Part shown: piece by piece, positions 18,225 through 28,841 of the stretch
Layout: the number at the start of each line of letters is the position of its first letter
Position numbering within the stretch: the stretch's first letter is position 1
Source of the DNA: Thermodesulfobacteriota bacterium
GTDB taxonomy: Bacteria; Desulfobacterota; UBA8473
Assembly: GCA_034189035.1 (NCBI GenBank)
Contig: JAXHVA010000003.1
Location: 1-32,000 of the forward strand
Direction: 5' to 3'
DNA: 32,000 nt
Program-made: the position numbers and the translations under genes
The notes under the pieces: model-generated
What the model was told of the DNA's origin: nothing
What the model saw: the letters and a program-made list of their open reading frames with translations, nothing else
The model's database searches: none

Positions 18225-19592
18225 GTGGATATAAAGATGAAAGAATTACAACTCGAATCGGATGATAAAAGGTTTATATGGCATCCATTCACACAGATGA
18301 GGCATTACATCGAGGAGATACCCCTTATCATAGAAAGGGGGAGCGGATCGTTTCTATGGGATATCTATGGGAACAGATACCTCGATGGGATATCATCTCT
18401 TTGGGTTACAGTACATGGACATTGTAAAGAAGAGATAGACCGGGCAATGATCGAACAGATCAAGAGGGTCTCTCATTCTACCCTTCTCGGTCTCACACAT
18501 CCTCCAGCCATCGAGCTTGCTAAAAGGCTGGTTACAATTACACCTGAAGGCCTCAACAGGGTATTCTATTCTGACAGTGGATCCACGGCTGTAGAGATTG
18601 CATTGAAGATGGCATTTCAATACTGGCAACAAAAGACAAAAGAGGTGTCTTTGCGAAGAAAATTCATATCACTCAAGAATGCGTACCACGGTGATACAAT
18701 CGGCGCAGTAAGTGTCGGCGGGATTGACCTCTTTCATGGGGTATATCAACCTCTGCTTTTCGATTCATTACAGGTGGAATCTCCTTACTGCTATCGCTGT
18801 AACCTTGAAAAGACCTATCCATCGTGCGGGGTTGAATGCCTCTTGCATGCGCAGAAAGTGATCAAAAAACACCACCATGAAACCGCTGCCTTGATTATAG
18901 AGCCTCTGGTTCAGGGGGCTGCAGGAATGCTAGTGTCTCCGCCCGGCTACCTCAAAGGGATTCGAGAGCTTTGTACTCAATACGAAATACCCATGATTGC
19001 AGATGAGGTTGCCGTGGGATTCGGGAGGACAGGCAGGATGTTCGCATGTGAGCACGAGGATGTTGCCCCGGATATCATTGCCCTGGGCAAAGGAATTACA
19101 GGGGGCTATCTGCCCCTGGCAGCAACGATCACAACGGATGAGATATACAATGAATTTTTAGGTGAATACAGTGAGTTTAAGACCTTCTTCCACGGCCATA
19201 CGTATACAGGAAACCCTGTTGCCTGCGCTGCAGCGCTGGCAAACCTCGACATCTTTGATGAGGAAGAGACCCTCTCAAAGCTTACTGAGAAGGTCGACTT
19301 CATGGAAAGGGGTCTTCAGAGGTTTTGGGAACTTGAGCATGTAGGAGATATTCGCCACAAGGGGTTTATGGTCGGGATAGAGCTGGTCTCAAACAGGGAA
19401 ACAAAAGAGTCTTTTCCTCCAGAAAACAGAACAGGCATGATGGTCATCATGGAGGCGAGGAAGAGGGGTGTTATCATCAGACCGCTGGGAGATGTAATTA
19501 TCCTTATGCCGCCTCTGAGTATTTCCCTAAAAGAGCTGGAAGAGCTACTTTGCGTTACATTTGATTCGATTCAATCTGTCACTGAAATTTGA
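18225..19592 (+). CDS. bioA: Adenosylmethionine-8-amino-7-oxononanoate aminotransferase
   Basis: Class-III aminotransferase pattern: IWHPFTQM, SDSGSTAVEIALKMA, ADEVAVGFGRTGRMFA and the PLP lysine in ALGKGITGGYLP. GTG 18225 lies 6 nt after GGAGG (18214-18218). TTG 18204 (track) and ATG 18237 are alternative starts. Confidence 0.9.
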   Translation: MDIKMKELQLESDDKRFIWHPFTQMRHYIEEIPLIIERGSGSFLWDIYGNRYLDGISSLWVTVHGHCKEEIDRAMIEQIKRVSHSTLLGLTHPPAIELAKRLVTITPEGLNRVFYSDSGSTAVEIALKMAFQYWQQKTKEVSLRRKFISLKNAYHGDTIGAVSVGGIDLFHGVYQPLLFDSLQVESPYCYRCNLEKTYPSCGVECLLHAQKVIKKHHHETAALIIEPLVQGAAGMLVSPPGYLKGIRELCTQYEIPMIADEVAVGFGRTGRMFACEHEDVAPDIIALGKGITGGYLPLAATITTDEIYNEFLGEYSEFKTFFHGHTYTGNPVACAAALANLDIFDEEETLSKLTEKVDFMERGLQRFWELEHVGDIRHKGFMVGIELVSNRETKESFPPENRTGMMVIMEARKRGVIIRPLGDVIILMPPLSISLKELEELLCVTFDSIQSVTEI

Positions 19593-19678
19593 GGATCATC
19601 TCCAATTTGACCCCTTGAATCCTTTTCACCAATTAAATGGGATAAGAAACGTAAATAAGACTACGTTATTGAGCTAAC

Positions 19679-19880
19679 ACAGCAATGGTGATCACATTTT
19701 AGCGTGTGTAACTGTTTGAGCGGTGTAGTGAGCGTTAAGAAAGAACAGAAGTGTTGCTTTATAGTTGAGTGTATGAACGGGTATTCGTAACTGTTCAATT
19801 ATAAAGATCAATACTGTTCTTTCTTTACGCTCACTCACTAGCGATTTTTGCACGGGTTAGAATGTGATCACCATTGCTGT
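19679..19880 (-). repeat. Nested-hairpin repeat, subfamily 2, copy D (full length, inverted orientation)
   Basis: The outer stem is a perfect 20 bp: acagcaatggtgatcacatt (19679-19698) pairs with aatgtgatcaccattgctgt (19861-19880). The inner stem is agtgagcgttaagaaagaacag paired with ctgttctttctttacgctcact. Similarity to copies E and F continues about 15-35 nt into both flanks, roughly 19664-19914. Confidence 0.85.
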
Positions 19881-19920
19881 AAACGACTTTTTTATAAAGG
19901 AAGTTAAATAACCGATTGAA

Positions 19921-21848
<1,928 letters not shown>

Positions 21849-21873
21849 ATACATTGAGATAGGCATTGAAATT

Positions 21874-22081
21874 GATACAGCAATGGTAGTCATATTATAA
21901 CCCGTGCAAAACTCGCGCTTTAGTGAGCGTAAAGAAAGAACAGTATTGATCTTTATAAATTAGACAACGAATGTAAATGATCTTACGAATATCCATCCAG
22001 CAACACTTCTGTTCTTTCTTAACGCTCACTACACTACTCAAACAGTTGTACGCATTATAATATGACCACCATTGCTGTATC
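21874..22081 (+). repeat. Nested-hairpin repeat, subfamily 2, copy E (full length)
   Basis: The outer stem is gatacagcaatggtagtcatattataa (21874-21900) paired with ttataatatgaccaccattgctgtatc (22055-22081), with 26 of 27 positions paired. The inner stem is agtgagcgtaaagaaagaacag paired with ctgttctttcttaacgctcact. It is the reverse complement of copy D along its whole length. Confidence 0.85.
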
Positions 22082-22179
22082 TACTCAATATCTACCAAAC
22101 TCAATATATGTTCGTCAAGAGGTCTCTTAAAGAGATTGGTAAAACTGTAGTTGGAGTTATTAATAACACTAATGTTTTT

Positions 22180-22446
22180 GTAACAGTTTAGCTTTTTGAA
22201 AAGAGACGCTTCAACGACGGTTAAATTTTAATCCGTGTAAACTCGCATCCAAGTGAGCGTAAAGAAAGAACAGTATATCACCATTCAATTCAGTAGATCC
22301 ATTAATAACTATTTCAGACATTAAATGTGAGCTTATTCCCTGTTCTTTCTTAACTCACTTTGACGCTCAGACAACACACGCATTAAAATTTGACCGTCGC
22401 TTCTTGCTTGATGAAAGCTTTCTATTTCATAGCGCTAAACTGTTAC
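22180..22446 (+). repeat. Nested-hairpin repeat, subfamily 1, copy C (full length, with intact TIRs and TSD)
   Basis: The 13-bp perfect terminal inverted repeats are gtaacagtttagc (22180-22192) and gctaaactgttac (22434-22446). They are flanked by identical 8-mers atgttttt (22172-22179 and 22447-22454). Internal modules are collinear with copies A and B. Confidence 0.9.
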
Positions 22447-22483
22447 ATGTTTTTTTTAAGCGATAGGCAACAGATCGATTTTT

Positions 22484-23413
22484 ATGTGTAATGCAATCGT
22501 GGATTCCCTTTATCAGATACTCGATGACTGTACCCTATGCCCAAGGCAATGCCATGTGAACAGGAGAGCCGGCGAATTGGGGTATTGCGGCGCAGGGATT
22601 CATTTAAAAGTGGCAAAGGCAATTCCCCATTTTGGGGAAGAACCGCCTATTTCAGGTATCAAGGGCTCAGGTACGATTTTTTTCAGCCATTGCAACCTGA
22701 GATGCAGATTCTGTCAGAACTACCAGATCAGTCAACTCGGTATGGGCCAAGAGATGACCTCTGATGAGCTCTGTGAAAAGATGCTTTTGCTTCAGGATTC
22801 TGGCTGTCATAATATCAACCTCGTAACACCGACACCGTTTTTACCCCAGATTGTAAAGAGCATTTTGCAGGCAAAGGAAGGTGGACTGAAGATACCGATC
22901 GTTTACAATACGAACGGTTATGAGAGGACTCGAATTCTGAGGGTATTGGAAGGGATAGTAGATATATATCTCCCTGATGCGAAATACGGGAGCAACGAAG
23001 CTGCTATACGCCACTCAAATGCAGCGGATTATTTACAATTCAATGAGTCTGCCTTGAAAGAGATGAAAAGGCAGGTTGGAGATCTTATAATCAATGAAGC
23101 GGGAATCGCAAAAAGGGGGATCATTGTGAGGCATCTCATCCTTCCGGATGACCTGGCGGAATCAGTTGCTGTTATTGAGAGGCTTTCGTATATGCTTGGC
23201 ACAGATACCTATATTAGCCTTATGGGGCAGTACTTCCCCATGTATAGGGCATTTGAGAGTAAGCAATTAAGCAGAAGAATCACATGTGATGAATTCGATA
23301 AATATTGCCTTGTAATTGAATCTAAAGGATTTGAAAATGGGTGGATTCAATACCCTGACGAGATTGACGGCGGATTTCTGCCTGATTTTGAGGTGAAAGA
23401 CCAGTGGAACTGA
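22484..23413 (+). CDS. Radical-SAM protein, PflX-type (pyruvate formate-lyase activase-like)
   Basis: 309 aa. An N-terminal CPRQCHVNRRAGELGYCG cluster is followed by the radical-SAM motif CNLRCRFCQNYQIS. Confidence 0.8.
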   Translation: MCNAIVDSLYQILDDCTLCPRQCHVNRRAGELGYCGAGIHLKVAKAIPHFGEEPPISGIKGSGTIFFSHCNLRCRFCQNYQISQLGMGQEMTSDELCEKMLLLQDSGCHNINLVTPTPFLPQIVKSILQAKEGGLKIPIVYNTNGYERTRILRVLEGIVDIYLPDAKYGSNEAAIRHSNAADYLQFNESALKEMKRQVGDLIINEAGIAKRGIIVRHLILPDDLAESVAVIERLSYMLGTDTYISLMGQYFPMYRAFESKQLSRRITCDEFDKYCLVIESKGFENGWIQYPDEIDGGFLPDFEVKDQWN

Positions 23414-23418
23414 ATTGA

Positions 23419-23442
23419 AAAAATGAATGAATGTTCATTTTT
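23419..23442 (+). terminator. Weak candidate terminator after the PflX-type gene
   Basis: aaaaatgaa (23419-23427), loop tgaatg, then ttcattttt (23434-23442). This is a 9-bp, almost all-AT stem ending in a T run, so predicted stability is low. Confidence 0.25.
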
Positions 23443-23583
23443 CCCTTGACGGTTCCCTTAGGAATATGCTAATTAAAATAAGGAGCTTTGAAGAACCATC
23501 CTCATTTCTTTCTATAGGTATTTTTGGGCCTATCTTAGCTCGCGTAATGAAAATTTACGAACAATATAAAAGAGAGACTTGCA

Positions 23584-24150
23584 ATGCAATATCAGTTAGA
23601 TGCTAATGTCCGTAGTTTTGGAGAAACTATATCGGAGCTGAGTGGTGAAGATATATATTCATGTTATCAGTGTGGTAAATGTACTGCCGGATGTCCCGTT
23701 GCACTAGAGATGAGCCATACGCCGAATCAAATCATTCGATTAATACAATTGGGTCTAAAAGAAGAGGTGCTTACTTCTTCGACGATTTGGTTATGTGCAT
23801 CGTGTGAAACCTGTACGACCCGTTGCCCAAAAGAGGTGGACATCGCCAAGATTATGGATACAATGAGGATCCTGTCTGTCAAAGAGGGATACGCCTGCAA
23901 AGAGCCCGCAGTACTTACATTAAATGAGACTTTCTTGGATTCGGTGAGGAATAACGGAAGGCTACAGGAGACACGGTTGGCCATGGCATATAATTTAAAG
24001 ACTAAACAGTTTTTCAAGGATATGGGGCTTGGGCAGAAGTTATTTCTGAAGGGGAAGATGTCTTTTTTAGGAAATAAGATTCAAGGAAAAGAGGCAATAC
24101 AAGCCATCTTTGAGAGATCGAAGGGTTTTTTGGATAAAGGGGAAAGATAA
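23584..24150 (+). CDS. hdrC: Heterodisulfide reductase subunit C-like
   Basis: 188 aa with two ferredoxin-type motifs, CYQCGKCTAGCP and CASCETCTTRCP, spaced as in HdrC. Confidence 0.85.
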   Translation: MQYQLDANVRSFGETISELSGEDIYSCYQCGKCTAGCPVALEMSHTPNQIIRLIQLGLKEEVLTSSTIWLCASCETCTTRCPKEVDIAKIMDTMRILSVKEGYACKEPAVLTLNETFLDSVRNNGRLQETRLAMAYNLKTKQFFKDMGLGQKLFLKGKMSFLGNKIQGKEAIQAIFERSKGFLDKGER

Positions 24151-25025
24151 TGGCATACGGATATTATCCGGGCTGCTCTTCGCATGGTACAGCCAGGGAA
24201 TACGATATTTCAACGAAGAAGGTATGTAAAAAGTTAGGCTTAGAATTGAAAGAGGTCAAAGACTGGAACTGTTGTGGCGCTTCGCCTGCTCATGCTACAA
24301 GTGAAGAGCTTTCTTTGGCGTTGCCGTTTCGGAATCTAGCCCTGGCAGAGAAACAGGGATTAACTAGTATAATGTCTACGTGTTCAGCCTGTTACAATCG
24401 GTTGAAAGTTGCGGACGAGACATTGAAGAACACCCCGCAGATATCGGAAAGAGTCAGCGAAATCGTTGGAGAATCCTATAACAGTAACCTCAAGGTCATT
24501 CACTTTTTGGACCTTATATCGAAAGAATTGGGGATTGAAAGCCTGAAGGAGAAGGTACTAAAGCCTCTAACCGATATAAAGATCGTTTCATACTATGGGT
24601 GTCTCTTAACCAGACCCCCTGAATTCGTATCTGTGGATTCGGATCCGGAAAATCCTACAGTAATGGAGGAGATTATTTATGCACTGGGGGCAGAGGCTCC
24701 CGATTGGTCTCATAAGACGGAGTGTTGTGGGGCAAGCCTTGCCTTAAGCAGGACCGATATTGTCCTGAGGTTGAGTGGCGAAATCTTAAAATCTGCGAGG
24801 TTTGCAGATGCGGATTGCATTGCTGTGGCGTGTCCTTTGTGCTATGCAAATCTCGATATGAGACAGGCGCAGATATCTTCAATACATGGTGTAGACTATT
24901 CCTTGCCGATCTTATTTATATCCGAGCTGATCGGTATCGCTTTAGGAATCGGGTATAGAGGCCTTGGCATGAACAAGCATATGGTCGGTGCCAAGACGCT
25001 GTTAACTGAAAAAGGCTTAATATAA
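24150..25025 (+). CDS. hdrB: Heterodisulfide reductase subunit B-like (two CCG domains)
   Basis: 291 aa. YYPGCS...WNCCGA and YYGCLLTRP...TECCGA are the duplicated CCG-domain signatures. The start overlaps the hdrC stop (TAATG). Confidence 0.85.
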   Translation: MAYGYYPGCSSHGTAREYDISTKKVCKKLGLELKEVKDWNCCGASPAHATSEELSLALPFRNLALAEKQGLTSIMSTCSACYNRLKVADETLKNTPQISERVSEIVGESYNSNLKVIHFLDLISKELGIESLKEKVLKPLTDIKIVSYYGCLLTRPPEFVSVDSDPENPTVMEEIIYALGAEAPDWSHKTECCGASLALSRTDIVLRLSGEILKSARFADADCIAVACPLCYANLDMRQAQISSIHGVDYSLPILFISELIGIALGIGYRGLGMNKHMVGAKTLLTEKGLI

Positions 25026-25095
25026 ATCAATTGAGTTCTCGGATTTCCAGTATAATAAATTCGGTGATTGAGTTCTCTTTGAAAAAAAAACGGTC

Positions 25096-25185
25096 ACAGC
25101 AAAGGCAATCACATTATAACCAGTGCAAAACTCACTGCACTGCTCAGATAAGTTGCACGCGTTATAATGTGACTGCCTTTACTGT
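25096..25185 (+). repeat. Nested-hairpin repeat, subfamily 2, copy F (internally deleted mini-element)
   Basis: acagcaaaggcaatcacattataac (25096-25120) pairs with gttataatgtgactgcctttactgt (25161-25185), 23 of 25 positions. The interior, ccagtgcaaaactcac|tgcactgctcagataagttgcacgc, joins the left and right internal-loop modules of copy E directly. The inner stem and central loop are absent. Confidence 0.75.
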
Positions 25186-25283
25186 GTTAGTGCAATAATC
25201 ATTTTATTTTGCAAATGTTCGTCAAATAGAGTCCAAATCGTAATCCGGTGAAACAGTAAAAAATTACTTAAAGGAGTACTATA

Positions 25284-27254
25284 GTGTCAAGAGTCGGAGT
25301 ATTTATCTGTCACTGCGGTGTGAATATCTCGAGTACCGTAGATGTAGAGAAGCTTTGTGAAGAGCTTGCCCAAGAGGATGGAGTCGCCATCGCAACTGAG
25401 TACAAGTATATGTGTTCGGATCCAGGGCAGAGGATAATAAAAGAAGCCATTGAAGAACACAACCTCGACAGTATCGTTGTTGCCTCTTGTTCTCCGAGAC
25501 TCCATGAGAGAACATTCCAGTTGTGCATCGAAGGGGCAGGGCTCAACCGATACAAACTCGAGATGGCCAATATTCGAGAGCAGTGTTCATGGGTACATAA
25601 AGACAAACAGTATGCCACCTTAAAGGCCAAGGATTTGATCAAGATGGCGGTCGCCAAGGTCAGAAAGAATAAGCCTTTTGACCAGCTTTCCATCCCAGTC
25701 TTGAAAAAGGCGCTGGTAATCGGTGGAGGAATTGCCGGAATGCAGGCTGCCATAGACATTGCCAAGGCAGGCCATAAGGTTACTCTAGTAGAGAGGACAC
25801 CTACAATAGGCGGGAGGATGGCGCAGCTTGACAAGACCTTTCCCACACTCGATTGCTCTGCCTGAATACTCACTCCTCGGATGGTGGAATCATCCCAAAA
25901 TGAAAACATAGAGATATTCACCTACTCAGAGATTGAGGAAGTCGGCGGCTATATAGGCAACTTCGATGTAAAGATTCGGAAAAAGGCCCGATTCGTTGAT
26001 CTGGAGAAGTGTACAGGATGCGGCACGTGTTACCAGAAATGCCCTGTTAAGGTTCCAAGCGAATTTGATATGGAGATGGGCATGAGAAAGGCCATTTATG
26101 TCCCCTTTCCCCAAGCTGTACCGAACGTGCCTGTGATCGACAAAGAGCATTGCAGGATGTTTACAAAGGGCAAATGCCAGATATGTCAGAAACTCTGCCA
26201 GGCAGAAGCTGTGGATTACGAGCAAGAAGACGAGATCATTGAAGATAAGTTTGGGGCCATTGTAGTGGCAACAGGGTATGACCTCTTTGATGCCAGTGCC
26301 TATGGTGAGTATGGCGGCGGCAGGTTTAAGGATGTTATAACCGGTCTCCAACTCGAGAGATTGATAAGCCCTGCAGGCCCCACAGGGGGGCACATAAAAC
26401 GTCCGTCTGACGGAAAAGAGCCGAAGAATGTGGTCTTTATCCAGTGTGTTGGGTCACGGGATGTTGAGAAAGGCGTCCCATATTGTTCGAATGTCTGTTG
26501 TATGTACACTGCGAAACAGGCTGTATTGCTCAAAGAGCATCTGCCTGAGGTTCAAACGAATATATTCTACATGGACATCCGGTCTGCGGGTAAAAACTAT
26601 GAACAGTTTGTACAGCGGACAATGGAAAAGTATGGTGCTTTATATATGAGAGGGAGGGTTTCAAAGATTTACCAGCGGGGAGACAAATTGATAGTGAAAG
26701 GGGCTGATACCCTTGCAGGGAGCCAGGTTGAGGTGGAAGCCGATATGGTTGTACTCGCTACAGGGATAACTCCACGGCACGATTCAAAAGACCTGGCAGG
26801 GATATTGAGCATCCCCTACGACCAGTTTGGCTTCTTTACAGAACTCCATCCAAAACTTGCACCAATAGAAACCGTCACATCCGGAATATTCCTGGCAGGC
26901 GCCTGCCAGGCACCCAAGGATATCCCTGACACTGTCTCTTCTGCCAGCGGTGCTGCAGCCAAGGTTGCAGCCCTTTTCAGCAGCGATCAGATGTCAATGG
27001 AGCCGCTGGTTTCAACTATAGATACCGCTGTTTGTTCAATGTGCAAGGCGTGTATGGAAGTCTGTCCGTATAGTGCGATCCAGGAAGAAGAGATTACATT
27101 ACGGGACGGGACAAAGAAGAAACAACTCAAAGTTTTAGAGAGTGTGTGCCATGGTTGCGGGGCCTGCGTCTCTACGTGCAGGTCATCCTGTGTCATGCTG
27201 AGAGGGATGACCGATGAACAGATATTTGACGAATTAATGGCTGTAGCACAGTAG
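25284..27254 (+). CDS. hdrA: Heterodisulfide reductase subunit A-like flavoprotein, selenocysteine-containing (TGA 25863-25865 read as Sec)
   Basis: ORFs 25284-25865 and 25881-27254 are in the same frame. Read through, the junction gives LDKTFPTLDCSA-U-ILTPRMVESS, matching the conserved HdrA motif FPTxDCSxCILxPKM with Sec in place of Cys. The N-terminal VFICHCG cluster, FAD fold (VIGGGIAGMQAA) and two ferredoxin motifs (CTGCGTCYQKCP, CHGCGACVSTC) are present. The GTG start has AAAGGAG upstream. Confidence 0.85.
25879..25895 (+). promoter_or_regulatory. Putative bacterial SECIS hairpin for the hdrA UGA
   Basis: ggatg (25879-25883) pairs with catcc (25891-25895) around the loop gtggaat. The stem starts 13 nt after the UGA and the G-rich apical loop starts 18 nt after it, within the range usual for bacterial SECIS elements. 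Confidence 0.55.
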
Positions 27255-27274
27255 GTTACAAAGAGGATATTATT

Positions 27275-27712
27275 ATGGAAGAGACGAAATGGGAGCCAAA
27301 GGTAGTCGGATTTTTATGTCACTGGTGTAGCTATGCTGGCGCGGATCTGAGCGGTTCCGCCCGTTTGGAGTATCCGCATAATATAAGGATTATACGGATC
27401 CCCTGCTCAGGCAGGGTAGATCCTATGTTTATTCTTCGGGCTTTGCAAAATGGGATTGACGGAGTAATCGTTTCGGGCTGCCATCCGGGTGATTGCCATT
27501 ATCAATCCGGCAATTTTCATGCAAGGAGGAAATTTGCCGTTATACGAAGGCTCATCGACTATGTTGGAATTGAACCGGAGAGGGTTCAGTTTAGCTGGGT
27601 AGCCGCCTCAGAGGGCCCCAAGATGGCTCAGGTAATCGATGAATTTATCGAAGGAGTGCGCAAGGTAGGACCTAACAGACTTTTTAAGGATGAAAATAGA
27701 GATGGAAAGTAA
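27275..27712 (+). CDS. mvhD: MvhD/FlxD-type [2Fe-2S] electron-transfer protein
   Basis: 145 aa. VVGFLCHWCSYAGADLSG...IRIPCSGRVDP...GIDGVIVSGCHPGDCHY is the MvhD (methyl-viologen-reducing hydrogenase delta subunit) signature. Confidence 0.85.
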   Translation: MEETKWEPKVVGFLCHWCSYAGADLSGSARLEYPHNIRIIRIPCSGRVDPMFILRALQNGIDGVIVSGCHPGDCHYQSGNFHARRKFAVIRRLIDYVGIEPERVQFSWVAASEGPKMAQVIDEFIEGVRKVGPNRLFKDENRDGK

Positions 27713-28652
27713 GCTGAAACAAGAGGCGGGGAACCTTTTAAGAGAAGGCAAGGTAGACTATATTGTGGGTTATGGTAAAGGAAGCGTCAAGTTTCGAACC
27801 TCCCCCCTAATAACAAACACAGAAGAGAAACTGGAAGATCTCGTAATCAATCCTTTTATTGCGAATAATCTCAGTAGATACCCGATAGAGCTAAAGGCAA
27901 GGGTAGGTATCGTAGTAAAGGGCTGTGATTCTCGCTCCCTTGTCAGTCTGATACAGGACAAGAAGATCCTTCGGGAAGACGTCGTGATACTTGGCGTTCC
28001 CTGTGAAGGAGTCGTTGACATCAAAAAGATAGAGAAGCACACAGGCAGGGATATCGATCAGATAGAAGAGATAAAAAAAGAAGGAGAGAACCTGACTGTC
28101 CAAGTGAATGGCTCAAACCAGACGATTTCATTCAAGGATATGCTATTTAATAAGTGCCTCGGATGTGAGTATCCTACGCCCTTGGAATACGACGTACTTT
28201 TAGGAACAGAGGTATTCCCGAACCCGGATATGGAAAAGAGCCTGGTGCAGATTAAAGCGCTTGAGGAAATGGATGCCTCTAAGAGATGGGCCTATTGGAG
28301 AGAAGAGTTCAGCAAGTGTATTCGGTGTTATGGCTGCAAAAACGTTTGTCCTGCTTGTTTTTGCGAAAGATGTTTTATCGATGTGAATATCCCCCAATGG
28401 GTCAGTACTTATGCAACCTGGCAGGATAATCTTGTCTTTCAATTGATACGAACCCTCCATGTAGCGGGCAGATGCTCAGACTGCGGAGAGTGTGAGCGGT
28501 CGTGTCCTGTGGGCATCCCCTTGAGGAGTTTACAAAGGAAAATGCAAGAAGAGGTCAAGGCGCTTTTTGGTCATGAGGTTGGGGTAGACAAGGATGCGCT
28601 TCCGGTCTTTACGCATTATGAGGATACTGATCCTGAAGAGTTTATTAAATAG
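27690..28652 (+). CDS. Iron-sulfur protein, FlxC-like (two 4Fe-4S motifs)
   Basis: 320 aa. The cluster motifs are CIRCYGCKNVCPACFC and CSDCGECERSCPVGIP. The N-terminal part (VVKGCDSRSLVSL...LGVPCEGVVD) resembles partners of Hdr/Mvh-type complexes. The start is ATG 27690 or 27702 and overlaps the end of mvhD. Confidence 0.7.
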   Translation: MKIEMESKLKQEAGNLLREGKVDYIVGYGKGSVKFRTSPLITNTEEKLEDLVINPFIANNLSRYPIELKARVGIVVKGCDSRSLVSLIQDKKILREDVVILGVPCEGVVDIKKIEKHTGRDIDQIEEIKKEGENLTVQVNGSNQTISFKDMLFNKCLGCEYPTPLEYDVLLGTEVFPNPDMEKSLVQIKALEEMDASKRWAYWREEFSKCIRCYGCKNVCPACFCERCFIDVNIPQWVSTYATWQDNLVFQLIRTLHVAGRCSDCGECERSCPVGIPLRSLQRKMQEEVKALFGHEVGVDKDALPVFTHYEDTDPEEFIK

Positions 28653-28654
28653 AG

Positions 28655-28841
28655 GGAACGGTTTAGCTTTATGTAAATAAAAAGATATCAGCAAGCAAGA
28701 AGCGGCAATCGAATTTAATCCGTGTAAAACCCGTATCTTTCCCCTATCTCTTTATTAACGCTCACTAAGAAGCTCAGAAACTACACGCATTACAATTTGA
28801 CTTCCGATTCTTGCAATTCTTTTTAAAAGCTAAAATTTTAC
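28655..28841 (+). repeat. Nested-hairpin repeat, subfamily 1, copy G (internally deleted)
   Basis: The ends are ggaacggtttagc (28655-28667) and gctaaaattttac (28829-28841). Left modules run up to ttaatccgtgtaaaacccgtatc and are then joined directly to tttcccctatctctttattaacgctcactaagaagctcagaaactacacgcattacaatttgac. The flanking 8-mers are aaatagag (28647-28654) and aaataaag (28842-28849), identical at 7 of 8 positions. Confidence 0.8.

Noticed and set aside
23446-23474. TTGACG upstream of hdrC as a -35 box
   Set aside because: No acceptable -10 hexamer follows at a 16-19 nt spacing. TATGCT lies at only 13 nt, and CTAATT or TAATTA at 17-18 nt are poor matches. It is not reported as a feature.
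25030-25077. Direct repeat attgagttctc x2 upstream of copy F, considered as a target-site duplication
   Set aside because: Both copies lie on the same side of the element, so they cannot be a TSD. They are more likely part of the subfamily-2 terminal region, as noted in the tandem-copy finding.
25310-25921. 203-aa - strand ORF, plus other long antisense ORFs (10894-11439, 11706-12224, 12874-13275, 30103-30576)
   Set aside because: All are antisense to + strand genes that have unmistakable family motifs (HdrA, FabI/SRPBCC, HHxxxDG enzyme, DUF362, FlxA-like). Their compositions are typical of shadow frames and I recognise no motifs in them.
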